Source: an uncultured Methanosarcinales archaeon (GTDB taxonomy: Archaea; Nanobdellota; Nanobdellia; Woesearchaeales; CAYNLP01). Taken from it: DNA of 37,579 bases. This document shows, in pieces, positions 1-9,296 of this stretch. Under the pieces are notes generated by a model, which was not told where the DNA came from, did no database searches, and worked only from the letters and a program-made list of their open reading frames with translations. The stretch spans positions 1-37,579 of the forward strand of contig CAYNLP010000001.1 of assembly GCA_964398115.1 (NCBI GenBank), given 5' to 3'. Within the stretch, counting starts at the first letter, position 1. Each line of letters begins with the position of its first letter. The position numbers were made by a program, and so were the translations under genes.

Positions 1-1
1 C

Positions 2-634
2 GGGTCCGCGTTTTTCCGAATTGGAAACACAGCTGCTTACGCAGCAGTTTACGGACCTCAAGAACTACATCCAAGACATATGCAAAACCCGAAGAAAGGT
101 ATTTTGCGATGCAAGTACAACATGCTTCCTTTCGCAGGAGCAGGCGAGAGAGTAAGGCCCGGCCCTGGAAGGAGAGACAAAGAAATCAGTCACGTCACTG
201 AAAAAGCACTTAATCCAGTTGTTGATTTAAGCGACTGTCCAAACGCAGTTGTCGACGTCGCAATCGAACTAATCGAAACCGACGCTGGCAGCAGATGCGC
301 AGGTATCTGCGCAGCTTCAATAGCCTTAGCAGACGCAGGGATTAAGATGAAAGATCAAGTCGCAGCAGTCAGCACCGGAAGAGTTGGTGACAAACTCGTC
401 ATTGACTTAAGCGGTGATGAAGAACACTTTAACGACAACGAAGCAGTTGACATCCCAGTGGCTATGACACCATTAGATGAAGAAATCAGCTTGCTTCAAA
501 TGGATGGCTTGATACAACCAGACGAGTTCAGAAAAGCTCTTGAAAACGTGAAAGAGCCATTGAAGAAAATCGCTGAAGTGCAACGAGAAGCTGTTAAAAA
601 CAAATATGCTAAAATCGAGAGTGATGCACAATGA
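2..634 (+). CDS. rrp41: Exosome complex exonuclease Rrp41 (5'-truncated by window edge)
   Basis: Frame is open from base 2 (GSAFFRIGNTAAYAAVYGPQELHPRH). RNase PH motifs YNMLPFA, RPGPGRRDKEIS, DAGSRCAGI, ALADAGI, LLQMDG. Directly upstream of rrp42. Confidence 0.95.
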   Translation, partial: GSAFFRIGNTAAYAAVYGPQELHPRHMQNPKKGILRCKYNMLPFAGAGERVRPGPGRRDKEISHVTEKALNPVVDLSDCPNAVVDVAIELIETDAGSRCAGICAASIALADAGIKMKDQVAAVSTGRVGDKLVIDLSGDEEHFNDNEAVDIPVAMTPLDEEISLLQMDGLIQPDEFRKALENVKEPLKKIAEVQREAVKNKYAKIESDAQ

Positions 635-1413
635 ATCCAGAAATCAGAGCACATTTGAACGATTCACTTGACAAAGGAGTAAGATTCGACGGTCGAGAGC
701 CTGACGAGCTTCGAGAAATCGAAGCAGAAACTGGAGTTATCAGCACGGCAGAAGGAAGTGCTCGTGTCAAGTTCGGCGACACCGACGTTATCGCTGGTGT
801 CAAGCTAAGCTTGGGAGATCCATTCCCAGACACTCCAGATGAAGGAGTTTTGATGGTCAACGCTGAAAGACTCGCACTTTCCAGCCCAGAATTCGAGGGT
901 GGAAGGCCAGGCATCGAATCGATTGAGATTAGTCGTGTCATCGATAGAGGCTTGAGAGAATCAGGCATTTTAGATACCAAAGAGTTATGTATTGAAGAAG
1001 GGGAAGACGTTTGGATGGTTAACGTTGACGTCGTCCCTATCAACTACGACGGTAACTTGATGGACGTCGGCGGACTTGCTGCTATGCTAGCTTTGCAAGA
1101 CGCCCGATTCCCAGAATACAGCGAAGAAGAAGGAGTGAATTACGAAGAGATGACCGACAAGAAGCTTCCTATCACTGATGAAAACCCGTTACCGATCACG
1201 GTGTGTAAGATTGGAGACAATCACATCGTTGACCCTCTAGAGAAGGAGGAGGAAGCTTTAGATGCTCGACTCACCGTTACGAGTTTTGAAGACGGCACTC
1301 TCTGCGCTATGCAAAAAGGTGGAGACACCGCTTTAAGCATTGATGAAATCATGGAAATGGTTGACTTAGCGCAGGAGAAAGCTGATGAAATCCGTGACGA
1401 GGTGGAACTATGA
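631..1413 (+). CDS. rrp42: Exosome complex subunit Rrp42
   Basis: GVRFDGREPDELR, TAEGSARVKFGDTDVIAGVK, PFPDTPDEG, SRVIDRGLRES, NYDGNL, AMQKGG. ATGA overlap with rrp41. Confidence 0.95.
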   Translation: MNPEIRAHLNDSLDKGVRFDGREPDELREIEAETGVISTAEGSARVKFGDTDVIAGVKLSLGDPFPDTPDEGVLMVNAERLALSSPEFEGGRPGIESIEISRVIDRGLRESGILDTKELCIEEGEDVWMVNVDVVPINYDGNLMDVGGLAAMLALQDARFPEYSEEEGVNYEEMTDKKLPITDENPLPITVCKIGDNHIVDPLEKEEEALDARLTVTSFEDGTLCAMQKGGDTALSIDEIMEMVDLAQEKADEIRDEVEL

Positions 1414-1646
1414 TTGACATCGAAATGGATGAAGATGAGTACACCGAGTACGAAAAGGCTCGTATCATTGGCAGCAGAGCATTGCAACTCTCAATGGGAG
1501 CTCCTCTCCTCTTAGACTTGAGTGAAGAAGAGTTGGAGGAGTTGAATTACAACCCTGTTGAGATTGCTAAGAAAGAGTTTGAAGAGGACAAGCTGCCTTT
1601 AGATGTGAAGAGAGTGTTGCCACATCAAGAAGGTCAGATGTATTAG
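1410..1646 (+). CDS. rpoK: DNA-directed RNA polymerase subunit K (Rpo6); start could be 1425
   Basis: YTEYEKARIIGSRALQLSMGAP and PVEIAKKEF...LPL signatures. Confidence 0.95.
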   Translation: MIDIEMDEDEYTEYEKARIIGSRALQLSMGAPLLLDLSEEELEELNYNPVEIAKKEFEEDKLPLDVKRVLPHQEGQMY

Positions 1647-1686
1647 TAAAAACTTTAAATAACCTTTTCTTTTTTCTTCTTTAACT

Positions 1687-3126
1687 ATGAGTGATAAAGG
1701 TTTATCCGCAAGTAAAGAAGATTCTTTTAGCGAATGGTATACTGAAGTTATTCAAAAAAGTGAAATGATGGATTATAGTAAGGTCAGTGGTTGTATGGTT
1801 ATGCGGCCTTACAGTTACAGCGTTTGGGAAGGCATTCAAAAATTTTTAGATGATGAGATTAAAAGTCGTGGTGTTCAAAACGCTTACTTTCCCTTATTCA
1901 TACCGGAGAGTTTGTTAGAGAAAGAGGCTGACCACGTAGAAGGTTTTAGTCCGGAAGTTGCGTGGGTTACTCACAGTGGTGATAGTGAACTTGATGAAAG
2001 ACTTGCTATCCGTCCTACCAGTGAGACGATAATGTACGACAGTTATCAAAAGTGGATTAGGAGTCATAATGATTTACCTCTAAAACTTAACCAGTGGTGT
2101 AACGTGGTGCGTTGGGAATTCAAACATCCAACACCGTTTTTGAGGACTAGAGAGTTCTTATGGCAGGAGGGGCATACGTGTCATGCTAGCGAGGAAAGTG
2201 CAGATGAAGAAGTTGAAGACATTATTGATTTGTATAAAGAAACTTTTGAAAGTTTATTAGCTGTGCCTATGTTGAAGGGGCGTAAAAGTGAGAAGGAAAA
2301 ATTTGCTGGTGCTAATTACACGTTAAGTGTTGAAACCATGTTGCCTAATGGTAAAGCTATCCAAGGAGCTACTAGTCATGGTTTGGGTCAGAACTTTTCA
2401 GAAAGCTTTGATATTAGTTTTCAAGACAAGGATGGGGAGAACAAGTTCGTCTGGCAGAATAGTTGGGGCTTCACTACGAGGAGTATTGGTATTATGATTA
2501 TGATGCATGGTGATGATAGAGGATTGGTGATGCCTCCAAGGATTGCTCCCACACAAGTGGTTATCGTGCCTATATTGTTTAGTGACAGTCCAGCTCAGAA
2601 TGAAAGAGTATTAGAGGTTTGTAGACAGGTTGAAGATGAGTTAGAGAGTGTTCGTGTAGAGTTAGATGACAGGGAAGGTTACACGCCTGGTTGGAAGTTT
2701 AATCATTGGGAGTTGAAAGGAGTGCCGTTGAGGATTGAGATTGGTCCTCGTGACATTGAGGATGACCAGGTCATGTTTGTGCGTAGAGATTCTGGTGATA
2801 AGGAAAGTGTTGATGTGTCAAAAGTTGAGGGAAGGGTTCAAAAAGTGTTGGAAGATATACAAGAAGGATTGTTTGAAAGAGCGGAAGCTATGGTTGAAGA
2901 TATGACGGTTGAAGTGGATAGTTTTGAAAGTTTGAAAGAAGCAGTAAGTGATGGTTGTATGGCTGTGGCGAGTTGGTGTGGTCGAGAAAGGTGTGAAGAT
3001 TTTATTAAGGATGAGACTGGTGGTGGTAAGAGTTTGAATATTTTGATTGGTGAAAAACCAAGTGGTAGTTGTGTGTATTGTGATAGAGAAGCAGAGTGTG
3101 TTGCTAGGTTCGCTAAGAGTTATTAA
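1687..3126 (+). CDS. proS: Proline--tRNA ligase, archaeal/eukaryotic type
   Basis: FSEWY, RPTSET, QWCNVVRWE, PFLRTREFLWQEGHT, QGATSHGLGQNF, SWGFTTR, anticodon domain (WELKGVPLRIEIGPRD), C-terminal Cys cluster and FAKSY. Confidence 0.97.
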   Translation: MSDKGLSASKEDSFSEWYTEVIQKSEMMDYSKVSGCMVMRPYSYSVWEGIQKFLDDEIKSRGVQNAYFPLFIPESLLEKEADHVEGFSPEVAWVTHSGDSELDERLAIRPTSETIMYDSYQKWIRSHNDLPLKLNQWCNVVRWEFKHPTPFLRTREFLWQEGHTCHASEESADEEVEDIIDLYKETFESLLAVPMLKGRKSEKEKFAGANYTLSVETMLPNGKAIQGATSHGLGQNFSESFDISFQDKDGENKFVWQNSWGFTTRSIGIMIMMHGDDRGLVMPPRIAPTQVVIVPILFSDSPAQNERVLEVCRQVEDELESVRVELDDREGYTPGWKFNHWELKGVPLRIEIGPRDIEDDQVMFVRRDSGDKESVDVSKVEGRVQKVLEDIQEGLFERAEAMVEDMTVEVDSFESLKEAVSDGCMAVASWCGRERCEDFIKDETGGGKSLNILIGEKPSGSCVYCDREAECVARFAKSY

Positions 3127-4787
3127 AAGTTGTTATCTTCGTCTTCTAAGTCGTATACTTGAACGTCAGTGTTTTCTTTACTTTCTTTTCTTTCGCCTAG
3201 TATTATTAGGAGGATTGCTAGTAAGACTAACACGGCTATGGCAATGTATGGCCAGAGTCCTTTCAAGTCTTTCATGGAAATTGCTTGTTTCTCTGGTGGT
3301 TTTTCTGTAGCGTTTGTTTCTTGCTCCATGTCAGTTTCTCCTGGTTCTTGCGTGACGTTTTCCTCGATTGTTGTTTCTTCGTCTGTAGTTTCTTCATCTT
3401 GTTGTGGTGTTGTTTCTTCCGGTTCGGTTTGTTTTTCTGGTTCTCTGATGGTTATTTCTTGGGTGTCTACTATTTTCTTATCTACGTATCTTCTGTATTC
3501 TCTGCTTCGGAAGTCGTATAGGTTTACTGTTAAGGTTTTGAATTTCTTGTCGTTGATGGATTCTATGTTGAACATTGCTCGTGTTTCTTGTCCTGCTCCT
3601 AATTGTATTATGGCTTCTTTACTTTGTATGTTGAAATCATCAGAGTTTAATGTCAGGCTTATTCTGTTGGTATTTCTCCCGTTGTTTTTGATAGTTACGA
3701 ATACTATGTCTTTTTCGCCTTCTTCCATGTATGTTGGTGCTTCAACTTTTTGTATCTTGTAGACTTTTTCTCCACCGACTGATGTTTCTAGTGTGAATTC
3801 GTCTTCGGTTTTTTGTCCTATGCTTAGTTCTGCGGATATTGGGAATTTTCCGCCTCCATAGGGTAGTACGAGGAAGTTAGCTTGTTCTGTTTCTCCAGAT
3901 CCAATTTGTAATTGTTTGGTGTCTCTATTTATTTTGAATTCGGGGCTTGATAGTTTGAGATAGTAGTTGTCTGATCCTACCATCCAGCTGTTTTTCACTT
4001 CTACTTGTATGGTGCTTTCTTTTCCTGAGAATAGTTGATCTTTTATTTTCATGTCTTGGATGTATCCTACTTGACGATTTACTATAGGTATCGGGTTGAG
4101 TTTTTCTTGTTTTATTAGTTGTCCGTTTCCGGTTGATAAGTTAAATATGGGTTTCACTTCTGTTTTTAACCTGTCTTGACCGGTGCTTTGTAATTCGTAG
4201 TATATCTTTTTGCTCTCTCCGCTGTCTAATGTTATTGTATGAGTTGCTTTTTTGCTTGTTTGTCTGAAGCTTGATTGGAAATTGGTTGATTTGCTTTCAT
4301 CGCTAGTTTTCACGTTTGCTTTTCCTTTTACTCCTAGGGTGATGTCGTAGGTTGTTTGATGCTTTCCTGTATTTTGTAGTATGGCAAATGTTTTGTATGC
4401 GCCTAGGTGGTATATTGCGTGTGGGAAGTTTATGTTTTCTATTTTTATGTCTGTCCAGAAGCTTGTGTCTAGTTTTACTTGTGGTTCTATTGGGCTTTCT
4501 TTCCGGAAACTTTCTGCTTTTATCTTTACGTCTCCTTTTTTGGTGAAACCTTCTGTTGTGGTTATTAGTCCTTGGTATACGACTTTTCCTTCTTTCTTTA
4601 TGGTTGCTTGTGCAGTTAGGGATTCGTAATTTACGTTGTTTATTTTTACGTTGTATCCTTTGTAGAAAGTAGATTGTTGTTCGCTTAAGAATCGGTCTTG
4701 AGGTTCATCTTTCCAAATTGCTAATGCTGGAGTGGTTAAGATAATTGTGAACAATCCTATTAAGAGGAGGTTGAATTGTTTTTTCAT
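3123..4787 (-). CDS. Secreted, C-terminally anchored surface protein with tandem Ig-like (CARDB-like) domains
   Basis: N-terminal signal peptide; repeated V.V.N.G...L..GE.. beta-sandwich patterns; E/T-rich stalk; single TM (LWPYIAIAVLVLLAILLIIL); acidic tail. Confidence 0.7.
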   Translation of the reverse strand: MKKQFNLLLIGLFTIILTTPALAIWKDEPQDRFLSEQQSTFYKGYNVKINNVNYESLTAQATIKKEGKVVYQGLITTTEGFTKKGDVKIKAESFRKESPIEPQVKLDTSFWTDIKIENINFPHAIYHLGAYKTFAILQNTGKHQTTYDITLGVKGKANVKTSDESKSTNFQSSFRQTSKKATHTITLDSGESKKIYYELQSTGQDRLKTEVKPIFNLSTGNGQLIKQEKLNPIPIVNRQVGYIQDMKIKDQLFSGKESTIQVEVKNSWMVGSDNYYLKLSSPEFKINRDTKQLQIGSGETEQANFLVLPYGGGKFPISAELSIGQKTEDEFTLETSVGGEKVYKIQKVEAPTYMEEGEKDIVFVTIKNNGRNTNRISLTLNSDDFNIQSKEAIIQLGAGQETRAMFNIESINDKKFKTLTVNLYDFRSREYRRYVDKKIVDTQEITIREPEKQTEPEETTPQQDEETTDEETTIEENVTQEPGETDMEQETNATEKPPEKQAISMKDLKGLWPYIAIAVLVLLAILLIILGERKESKENTDVQVYDLEDEDNNF

Positions 4788-4869
4788 ACGTTAGATTTGG
4801 GATTTTACAATATATAAAGGTTTTGTCCGAAATGTTTTTATTCTTTCCTTGTTCTCTATTTATTCTTGT

Positions 4870-5004
4870 ATGAAAAGGATTAAAGAGGGTTGTCCTCTTT
4901 GTGGTTCGGATGTAGCAGGGGATGAAAAGATTAGGTTTTATTGTGACAGTTGTAATTTATTGTTTTCTAAGAGGGATTTAAGTATTAAAAGGGTTGAGGA
5001 TTAG
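4870..5004 (+). CDS. Small CPxCG-type zinc-finger protein, 44 aa (not in ORF track)
   Basis: Manual translation MKRIKEGCPLCGSDVAGDEKIRFYCDSCNLLFSKRDLSIKRVED*, with two CxxC pairs. Confidence 0.75.
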   Translation: MKRIKEGCPLCGSDVAGDEKIRFYCDSCNLLFSKRDLSIKRVED

Positions 5005-5065
5005 TTTTTATGTATACAAAACCTTTAAATACCACTAAGTTTTTTCTATTCTTAGGTGATAAAAG

Positions 5066-5500
5066 ATGAATGTCATTCAAAAGGCGTTACTATTAAGCGT
5101 TTTTTCATTGCTTATAGTAGGGTGTGCTCAACAGCAAAATCCTAGTGATAACAATATCAACTTGAGTAATATGACACAGAACGTGAGTGACGAGCCAGAT
5201 AATGAAAGTGAAGATCTTGGTATGAAAACAGTGGCAGTCACTCAAGATGAATGGAACCTTACACTGTCCGATAATCGCGTAGATGCCGGGATGTTAAGGT
5301 TTAAGATTGAAAACGCTGGTAATTACAGGCACGAATTCGCTATTAGAGGACCTGATAGGGAGTACATGCTTGAAGAAGGAATCCCAGCAGGAGAAAACAG
5401 CACTTACGAGGTTGAGTTGACAAAAGGTAATTACACAGTATACTGTACCATACCTACACACGCTCAAAAGGGTGAAGAAGCAGAGCTCAAGGTTCAATAA
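5066..5500 (+). CDS. Cupredoxin-domain lipoprotein
   Basis: Lipobox LIVG-C20; N.G.YRHEF; GNYTVYCTIPTH. SD GGTGA upstream. Confidence 0.8.
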   Translation: MNVIQKALLLSVFSLLIVGCAQQQNPSDNNINLSNMTQNVSDEPDNESEDLGMKTVAVTQDEWNLTLSDNRVDAGMLRFKIENAGNYRHEFAIRGPDREYMLEEGIPAGENSTYEVELTKGNYTVYCTIPTHAQKGEEAELKVQ

Positions 5501-5598
5501 ACCTTTATATTTTTCCTTTTTTCTCTTTAAACGTAACCTTTTAAAACTAACCTCTATTCAAGGATAAATGTACAAATACTTATAGGAGGTATTTATTT

Positions 5599-6093
5599 AT
5601 GGTAAAGAATAAACATGAGCATCAGAGAGTAGCTATGTTAGTGGATGTACAAAACTTGTATTATTCCGCTAAGAATTTGTATGAAAACAAGGTTAATTTC
5701 AACACCGTTATTGAAGAGGGTGTTCAAGGTCGTAAGCTTGTTCGTGCTATGGCTTACGCTATCAAAACTGATATTGATGAGGAGAGGAATTTTCATGAAG
5801 CCTTGGAAAACATTGGTTTTGAAGTTAAGACTAAAGATTTACAAACTTTTTATGGCGGTCAGAAGAAAGGAGATTGGGATGTTGGAATCGCCACTGATAT
5901 GATGAGGATGGCTAAGAAAGTTGACACGTTAATCCTAGTTTCTGGAGATGGTGATTTCACACCTGCTATAAAGTATGCTCAAGCTATGGGTTGCCGTGCT
6001 GAAGTCATGAGTTTTAAAAAGACTGCTAGCTCAAGTTTAATAGAAGAAGCTGATGATTTCGTGAGTATGGACAATGATAAGTTCCTGTTGTAG
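5599..6093 (+). CDS. NYN/LabA (DUF88) PIN-like domain protein
   Basis: VDVQNLY, KKGDWDVGIATD, LVSGDGDF, LIEEADDF motifs. GGAGGT SD. Confidence 0.92.
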   Translation: MVKNKHEHQRVAMLVDVQNLYYSAKNLYENKVNFNTVIEEGVQGRKLVRAMAYAIKTDIDEERNFHEALENIGFEVKTKDLQTFYGGQKKGDWDVGIATDMMRMAKKVDTLILVSGDGDFTPAIKYAQAMGCRAEVMSFKKTASSSLIEEADDFVSMDNDKFLL

Positions 6094-6105
6094 AGGTGGT
6101 TTTTA

Positions 6106-6414
6106 ATGCAAGATTTAAATGAAGGTAACTTTCAGGATAATGTTTCGGAGGGAAACGCAGTAGTGGATTTCTGGGCTCCTTGGTGTGGGCCTTGTAAAGT
6201 TTTAGGTCCTAAGTTTGAATCTGTTAGTAAACAGCATGATGACGTTAACTTTTTCAAGTTGAACGTGGATGAAGAAGCTGACCTTGCTCAGAGGTTTGGT
6301 GTTCGAAGCATTCCGACAATCGTTTTCTTTAAGGATGGAGAGCCTGAAGAACGTGTCACGGGTGCTATGAGTGAGGAGAAGCTTAATAGTTTGGTTGAAC
6401 AAGTTTACGGTTAA
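6106..6414 (+). CDS. trxA: Thioredoxin
   Basis: VDFWAPWCGPCK active site; GVRSIPT cis-Pro motif. Confidence 0.96.
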   Translation: MQDLNEGNFQDNVSEGNAVVDFWAPWCGPCKVLGPKFESVSKQHDDVNFFKLNVDEEADLAQRFGVRSIPTIVFFKDGEPEERVTGAMSEEKLNSLVEQVYG

Positions 6415-6446
6415 ATTTATATAAAATCTTTATATTTCTCTTTTTT

Positions 6447-7193
6447 ATGTTCGTTCACAATATTGATCCTGTTCTTTTGGAACTCGGCCCTTTCGAGATT
6501 AGGTATTATGGCTTAGTTTACGTAATTGGTTTCTTACTCGCGTATTATTTCTTGTATAAAGCAGCTGATAGTGAAAGGATTGATGGTTGGAGTGTTGAAG
6601 CCGCGGATGAGTTGATGATGTGGGAGATTATTGGTGGCGTTGTTGGTGGACGCCTTGGTTACTTCTTGTTTTATAATATTGAATATTTTTGGCAAGCACC
6701 GTTAGAAATTCTTAAGATATGGCAGGGTGGCATGAGTTTTCACGGCGGATTATTGGGTGTTATAATAGCGACGTATTGGTTTACTAGAAATCATGAGTAT
6801 AGTTTTATGAAAATCGCTGATGTTTTGACCTTGCCTGCGGCTTTTAGTTTGGGCTTGGGTAGGATTGCTAATTTTATTAATGGTGAAATCGTGGGTACTA
6901 AGACTGGTGTTCCTTGGTGTTTTGAATTTCCTGGTTTTGATGGTTGTAGGCATCCTGTACAGTTTTACCTTGCGGGTAAGAATTTCTTACTTGCCGGCTT
7001 GCTCTGGTTTTTGGACAGGAGGGATAGGAAGACAGGCTTTTTATTCTGGAATTTCATCTTTTGGTATGGTGTGGGACGTTTTGTGATAGATTTTTGGAGA
7101 GCGGATCCTACGTTTTTAGGTATTAGTATGGGACAGTATTTAAGCTTAGCCATGGTATTAATTGGAGGTTGGGTGTTATGGCAGGAGAGATGA
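6447..7193 (+). CDS. lgt: Prolipoprotein diacylglyceryl transferase (bacterial-type Lgt)
   Basis: IDPV...GPFEIRYYG, GGRLGY, IWQGGMSFHGG, GLGRIANFINGE.VG, RHPVQFY, YGVGRFVIDFWR, SMGQYLS. Multi-TM. Confidence 0.93.
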   Translation: MFVHNIDPVLLELGPFEIRYYGLVYVIGFLLAYYFLYKAADSERIDGWSVEAADELMMWEIIGGVVGGRLGYFLFYNIEYFWQAPLEILKIWQGGMSFHGGLLGVIIATYWFTRNHEYSFMKIADVLTLPAAFSLGLGRIANFINGEIVGTKTGVPWCFEFPGFDGCRHPVQFYLAGKNFLLAGLLWFLDRRDRKTGFLFWNFIFWYGVGRFVIDFWRADPTFLGISMGQYLSLAMVLIGGWVLWQER

Positions 7194-7879
7194 AGAAGTT
7201 CTTCATTTGTGCTAAGAATGAGAATAAGAAGGAGGAGTTGAAAGAGGATATGTTAGACGTTGGTTTCGTGTATGACGAAGACGATTTTGATTTCATCGTT
7301 AGCTTTGGTGGTGATGGTACTTACTTGTATGCGGAGAGGAAGTGGCCTGGTGTTCCAAAGCTTTTGGTTCGGGATAGCATGGTTTGTTTTAAGTGTCATG
7401 ATGAGCCTGTAAGTTTTGTTTTGGATAAGTTGAGTAGGGGAGAGTATGAAGTGGTTGAGGAGATGAAAGTTGAGGCTAGGATGGATAGTGATAGTATGAA
7501 GGCTGTGAATGACGTGGTGGTCCGGAATGCTGATGTCACCAGAGGTTTACGTTTTAGGGTTAAGGCGGGGGATAGGGAGAGTGATTTGTTGATTGGTGAT
7601 GGTGTGGTTGTGGCGACGCCTTTTGGAGCTACTGGTTATTACTATAGTGTTTGTAGAGAAACTTTTGAAGAAGGCATCGGCGTTGCTTTCAACAACACTA
7701 CTGAAGAGGTTGAGCCATGGGTGGTAGGTGAGGATGAAAGTATTGAGGTGGAAGTTGTGAGAGGTGTTGCTGAAGTCGCGGCGGATAACAATCCTGATGT
7801 TAGGACGGTTGAGGAGGGTCGTAAGATTGAGATTAGTAAGTGCAGGGAGAGTGCGAAGATTGTGACGCATGAGCATTAG
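7190..7879 (+). CDS. nadK: NAD(+) kinase family protein
   Basis: SFGGDGT, AVNDVVV, GDGVVVATPFGATGY motifs. Start at ATG 7190 overlapping the lgt stop. Confidence 0.9.
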   Translation: MKKFFICAKNENKKEELKEDMLDVGFVYDEDDFDFIVSFGGDGTYLYAERKWPGVPKLLVRDSMVCFKCHDEPVSFVLDKLSRGEYEVVEEMKVEARMDSDSMKAVNDVVVRNADVTRGLRFRVKAGDRESDLLIGDGVVVATPFGATGYYYSVCRETFEEGIGVAFNNTTEEVEPWVVGEDESIEVEVVRGVAEVAADNNPDVRTVEEGRKIEISKCRESAKIVTHEH

Positions 7880-7920
7880 CAAAAAGTTTTTATATTCCTC
7901 ACCACCCATTAGTTCTTTGT

Positions 7921-8568
7921 ATGGATCCGACTTTAATTGTGAATTTTAAGACTTATTCTGAAGCTACTGGCGAGAGTGCTCTTAAGTTGGCGAAAGTTTG
8001 CGATAGGGTTAGTAAGGTTGAAGATGCTGACATCCGGATTGCAGTTCAAAGTTGTGATTTGAGGATGATAGCAAGTGAGGTTGACATTCCTGTTTATGCT
8101 CAACACGTTGACGCTATAGAGCCTGGTAGTCATACTGGTTGGGTTTTGGCTGAAGCGGTTGAACAAGCGGGTGCGGATGGTACTTTGCTTAATCATAGTG
8201 AGCACACTTTGGGTATGGATCGGTTAGAAGAGACTATTGACCGGGTTAAAAGTTTGGGTTTGGATGTGGTTGTTTGTGCTAAAGATGCTGATGTTGGGAA
8301 GTCTGTTAGTAAGTTTGATCCTGATTTTGTCGCGGTTGAACCTCCGGAGCTCATTGGGGGTGATGTTAGTGTTAGTAGTGCGAAGCCTGAGTTGATTGAG
8401 CGAGCGGCTGACAAGGTGGATGGTCGTTTGCTGGTGGGCGCGGGTGTTAAGGATGGTGATGATGTTAAGAAGAGTTTGGAACTCGGCGCGGTTGGTATCT
8501 TAGTTGCTAGTGGTGTTTGCAAAGCCGGTGATGTTGAAGAAGCGGTTAAAGGTTTGGTAAGTGTTTAA
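7921..8568 (+). CDS. tpiA: Triosephosphate isomerase, archaeal type
   Basis: IVNFKTY, YAQHVD, LLNHSEH, AVEPPELIG, VGAGVK, LVASG. Confidence 0.96.
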   Translation: MDPTLIVNFKTYSEATGESALKLAKVCDRVSKVEDADIRIAVQSCDLRMIASEVDIPVYAQHVDAIEPGSHTGWVLAEAVEQAGADGTLLNHSEHTLGMDRLEETIDRVKSLGLDVVVCAKDADVGKSVSKFDPDFVAVEPPELIGGDVSVSSAKPELIERAADKVDGRLLVGAGVKDGDDVKKSLELGAVGILVASGVCKAGDVEEAVKGLVSV

Positions 8569-9080
8569 CGCACGTTTATCTGTACCGTTATGGGTTGATA
8601 GTATGTTTCTCCGTTGGTTGTGACGTTCATGTAGTAGATGTGACTTCCTGACTTTGTGTCTTGTGTGGTTCTGATCATGAATTTCTCTACCGTGCTTTCT
8701 CCCGCTGGTATCGTTACTTCTTTAGGTGTGGTTAGAATGTTTGGGGTGGATTGCATGCTTGAATCAGGAGGCGTGTTTCCTTTCATTAGTTTATAGTTGA
8801 AGGTGGTTTCCGTGTTTAACTCGTTTTTGATTCCTAGGTGAAAGATGGGGTTGTCTCCTCTTGAGATTGTGCGCACGTTTTCAGGAATTGTCACAGGATC
8901 GTTGGTAGAAAGTAATTGTTTGACTCTTTGCTTGTTTCTTTCACTTACTTGAGTGTTGAACTCTTCGGCTTTGTCTATTAGTTGTGTGAATATGGCTATG
9001 CCGAATCCTATCACCATTATCATTAGGATGAGGATTACTATGAAGTTGACGCTGAGTTGGAAGCCTTTCTTGTTCATCAT
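8565..9080 (-). CDS. Pilin-like protein with class III signal peptide
   Basis: Likely start at 9080: MMNKKG|FQLSVNFIVILILMIMVIGFGIAIF, then an amphipathic helix and a beta-rich head. ATGA overlap with the upstream gene. Confidence 0.7.
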   Translation of the reverse strand: MMNKKGFQLSVNFIVILILMIMVIGFGIAIFTQLIDKAEEFNTQVSERNKQRVKQLLSTNDPVTIPENVRTISRGDNPIFHLGIKNELNTETTFNYKLMKGNTPPDSSMQSTPNILTTPKEVTIPAGESTVEKFMIRTTQDTKSGSHIYYMNVTTNGETYYQPITVQINVR

Positions 9081-9295
9081 TCCATGTGTTCGTATTCTCT
9101 CACTAGCATCATCATAAAGATGACTATTAAAATGCTTCCTCCGAGTATTAGGCTTACGCCGTACCATACGGTTCCGGGGTAGGATACCATTTGGTACAGG
9201 CCGTAGGCTATGATTGCTAGACCCAGCCACATTACTTTGTCTAAGACTATTTTGAGAATGTCAAATTCTTGTTCCGGACTTAACTTTTTCGGCAT
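9077..9295 (-). CDS. Small two-TM membrane protein
   Basis: Two hydrophobic segments; tightly coupled between two pilin-like genes. Confidence 0.7.
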   Translation of the reverse strand: MPKKLSPEQEFDILKIVLDKVMWLGLAIIAYGLYQMVSYPGTVWYGVSLILGGSILIVIFMMMLVREYEHME

Positions 9296-9296
9296 T

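Noticed and set aside
9081..9230. N-terminal 50 aa of track ORF 8565..9230
   Set aside because: It overlaps the 72-aa gene; the class III signal peptide starts at 9080.
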